From an archaeon (GTDB lineage: Archaea > Iainarchaeota > Iainarchaeia > Iainarchaeales > CSSED10-239), in the NCBI GenBank assembly GCA_035357435.1, contig DAOPNM010000025.1:1-7353 (forward strand): DNA of 7,353 bases, read 5' to 3'. This document shows, in pieces, positions 5,330-7,353 of the stretch; the first letter of the stretch is position 1; each line of letters starts with the position of its first letter. Made by a program: the position numbers and the translations under genes. Under the pieces are notes generated by a model. That model searched no databases. It saw only the letters and a list, made by a program, of their open reading frames with translations, and was not told where the DNA came from.

Positions 5330-5905
5330 CTATTTAGGTCTATTTTTTCTTTTAATAATTATTTTTTGTTCTTTTGTAGAACTATCTAATTTTGTTGAAC
5401 TAATTGTATATGCTACTCTTTCTGATTTTTGTGTTCTATATGTTCCATCTGGCAATGGCCTTTCTCCTGCTATTTTTTCATTGATTTTCTGCATTTCCTT
5501 TAATGACCAACTTCTTATTTTATTTATTTGTTTATAATTTTTTCTAATATCTGCAATCAAATATGTTTTTAATTTATATGCAAGTCCTTGTTTTTGAAAT
5601 TTGTCTTTAACAAATAAGTGGGACACATAAAATTCATCATCTTCTATGTATCCATCAGCCATGCCTGCAAATTCATTATTTACATATACAAGGTATATAC
5701 TATATGATAATATTTTTGATTCTATTTTAGCATATTGTTCCCTTTCAAATTGTTCAAATCGTATCCTGTCATATTGTTCATGGTTTTTGTTTGCATTATT
5801 TTTAAAAGGATTATGAATATATATTTCCTTGAGTAACTCTGGTGTTAATTCGTGTCTATTTTTATAAGTTATTTTTTTATATGTAATTTTTTCATTTTTA
5901 TTCAT
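5330..5905 (-). CDS. GNAT-family N-acetyltransferase-like protein, paralog 2
   Basis: 191 aa. Motif A reads SHLFVKDKF-QKQGLA-YKLKTYLIADIRKNY (Q-x-x-G-x-A). A motif B-like segment WSLKEMQKINEKIAG and a basic tail KIIIKRKNRPK follow. Stop codon TAG at 5330-5332. Confidence 0.65.
   Translation of the reverse strand: MNKNEKITYKKITYKNRHELTPELLKEIYIHNPFKNNANKNHEQYDRIRFEQFEREQYAKIESKILSYSIYLVYVNNEFAGMADGYIEDDEFYVSHLFVKDKFQKQGLAYKLKTYLIADIRKNYKQINKIRSWSLKEMQKINEKIAGERPLPDGTYRTQKSERVAYTISSTKLDSSTKEQKIIIKRKNRPK
5531..5632 (-). repeat. 102-nt perfectly identical block shared by GNAT paralogs 2 and 3 (motif A region), copy A
   Basis: By direct reading it is identical to 6226-6327. The flanking sequence is similar but carries scattered substitutions. 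Confidence 0.9.
5821..5905 (-). repeat. 85-nt near-identical patch, copy B
   Basis: See 5093-5177. Confidence 0.9.
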
Positions 5906-6024
5906 ACAGTTTCATCTATTTATTGTGTATCTTATGTATTTTTTAATATATATGTGTTTTTTAATGGTGTTGTTTTAAAGTATATATAATGCTTAATAAT
6001 TGAGAATAAACATTTATTGTTTAA

Positions 6025-6591
6025 CTATTTAGGTTTATTTCTTCTTTTAATAATTATTTTTTGTTCTTTTGTAAAACTGTCTAATTTTGTTGAGCTAAAT
6101 GTATATGCCACCCTTTCTGATTTTTGTGTTCTATATGTCCCATCAGGTAATGGCCTTTTACCCATAATTTTTTCATTTATTTTCTGCATTTCCTTTAATG
6201 ACCAACTTGTTATTTCATTTACTTCTTTATAATTTTTTCTAATATCTGCAATCAAATATGTTTTTAATTTATATGCAAGTCCTTGTTTTTGAAATTTGTC
6301 TTTAACAAATAAGTGGGACACATAAAACTCATCATTTTGTATTCTTCCTTCTGCCATGCCTGCAAATTCATCATTTACATATACAACATACAGAAGATAA
6401 GATAATTTTTTTGAATCTATTTTAGCGTATTGTTCTCTTTCAAATTGTTCAAATGTTTTTGTTTTTTTATTGTTTGGTGTGTTTAAAAAAGGATTGTGAT
6501 CATATATCTCTTTAATTAATTCTGGTGTTAATTCATCTTTATTGTCATAAGTTATTTTTTTATATTTTATAGATATGTTTTTGTTAATCAT
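6025..6591 (-). CDS. GNAT-family N-acetyltransferase-like protein, paralog 3
   Basis: 188 aa. The motif A/B region is the same as in paralog 2, the C-terminal two thirds are very similar to paralog 2, and the N-terminus differs (MINKNISIKYKKITYDNKDELTPELIKEI). Confidence 0.65.
   Translation of the reverse strand: MINKNISIKYKKITYDNKDELTPELIKEIYDHNPFLNTPNNKKTKTFEQFEREQYAKIDSKKLSYLLYVVYVNDEFAGMAEGRIQNDEFYVSHLFVKDKFQKQGLAYKLKTYLIADIRKNYKEVNEITSWSLKEMQKINEKIMGKRPLPDGTYRTQKSERVAYTFSSTKLDSFTKEQKIIIKRRNKPK
6226..6327 (-). repeat. 102-nt perfectly identical block, copy B
   Basis: See 5531-5632. Confidence 0.9.
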
Positions 6592-6667
6592 ATTCTTTCT
6601 TTTTTTGTTTAGTGTTTAATATATATTATTGGTATAATTTATTTATTAATATTTTGCTTTTTTGCTT

Positions 6668-7030
6668 TTATCCTTTTATAGTATCTATAATATATCTAAT
6701 AATATAGATTATTGTTGGGATAAAAATATACAATAATGCATGTCCTATTTCTTCAATCCAACCCCATTTTACAAAAAAATATATTCCAAGTATCCATCCA
6801 ACTATGTACCAAAAATTATATTTATGGTAATGATGAAGTATTAAGTATAAAGACACACTTATAACCATTATCTGTATAAATACGTCTGAAATAAGTTTTC
6901 GGCCTAACCATAAATATATTAAATTATCTAAAATGATTAATCCAAATGAGATAACTAACCCTAATATGATTTTAAATGTCAAATCCATTAATGCATGGAA
7001 TGCTGTTGTTTTTTTTTCATTTTTATTCAT
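6668..7030 (-). CDS. Small integral membrane protein (120 aa, about 4 TM helices), paralog A
   Basis: Four hydrophobic stretches follow a short polar N-terminus (MNKNEKKTT): ILGLVISFGLIIL..., FIQIMVISVSLYLIL, FWYIVGWILGIYFF and ALLYIFIPTIIYII. Its ATG overlaps the stop of the upstream paralog as ATGA (7027-7030). Confidence 0.6.
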   Translation of the reverse strand: MNKNEKKTTAFHALMDLTFKIILGLVISFGLIILDNLIYLWLGRKLISDVFIQIMVISVSLYLILHHYHKYNFWYIVGWILGIYFFVKWGWIEEIGHALLYIFIPTIIYIIRYIIDTIKG

Positions 7031-7353
7031 ATCTTTTCTATATTTTTGTTTAATATATTTTTAAATAAATATCTTCCAATCCAAATAATTGTTGGAACAA
7101 TTATTGCCAATAATGTAGAATTATATTTCATCAACCCCAATTTAAAAAACATATATGCACATATTATCCATCCGATAATATAAAAGAATGTAAATTTGTC
7201 ATTATGATATATTTGCATTATAATGGAATATACAAGAATAATTGTTGCTGTTGGGATCATTGAATTTAGGTTTATGTTAAAAAAAACATAAATTATATTA
7301 TTTATTGCAAGAACAATAAATGTTTTAACAAATCCTTTTACTGTGCCTATGAT
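7027..7353 (-). CDS. Small integral membrane protein, paralog B; 5' end probably outside the window
   Basis: The listed Met is at 7260, but the same frame stays open to the window edge. By hand translation 7353-7261 reads IIGTVKGFVKTFIVLAINNIIYVFFNINLNS. That extension aligns with TM1-TM2 of paralog A. The shared core is YH.(D/Y)(K/N)F..(F/W)YI(I/V)GWI......F.K.G........LL.I..PTII.I.RY. Confidence 0.55.
   Translation of the reverse strand: MIGTVKGFVKTFIVLAINNIIYVFFNINLNSMIPTATIILVYSIIMQIYHNDKFTFFYIIGWIICAYMFFKLGLMKYNSTLLAIIVPTIIWIGRYLFKNILNKNIEKI

Noticed and set aside
5322-6232. A pair of similar 71-aa + strand ORFs (5322-5537 and 6017-6232) that look like a conserved small membrane peptide family
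   Set aside because: Their similarity is fully explained by their position antisense to the near-identical 3' parts of GNAT paralogs 2 and 3. The apparent hydrophobicity is a poly-T artefact. No promoter or SD context is evident.
6995-7183. 62-aa + strand ORF
   Set aside because: It is antisense to the two paralogous membrane-protein genes, whose frames are supported by mutual conservation and the ATGA coupling.
4393-7353. tRNA-adjacent integrated mobile element or genomic island
   Set aside because: There is no integrase, transposase or recombinase-like ORF. By eye I found no second copy of the tRNA 3' segment that could serve as an att repeat within the window. The idea cannot be excluded beyond the window edge.

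Overview
This is a strongly AT-rich window that reads as archaeal, most plausibly from a small-genome DPANN-type lineage. The lineage call is inferred from an archaeal-style FtsZ, a tRNA intron with a bulge-helix-bulge splice motif, the C1-G72 tRNA-Tyr identity pair, and TATA-type promoters with very short leaders. In order, the window contains: (1) the 3' end of ftsZ; (2) a compact RNase P RNA; (3) four tandem, diverged ~228-aa paralogs on the + strand, each with its own terminator and promoter module and each carrying a JAB/MPN (JAMM)-like E...HxH...SxxD signature with an unusually long spacer; (4) a small SD-coupled helical ORF; (5) an intron-containing tRNA-Tyr(GUA); (6) three tandem GNAT-type acetyltransferase paralogs on the - strand, convergent with the first array; (7) two paralogous small 4-TM membrane proteins with an ATGA start/stop overlap, the second open to the window edge. 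Both paralog arrays are mosaics: patches of near-identical DNA sit inside otherwise strongly diverged genes, which points to ongoing gene conversion. The most interesting candidate for an undescribed system is the pair of convergent arrays, a putative amide/isopeptide hydrolase family facing an acyltransferase family. All functional calls for these families rest on motif recognition only. No searches were run.
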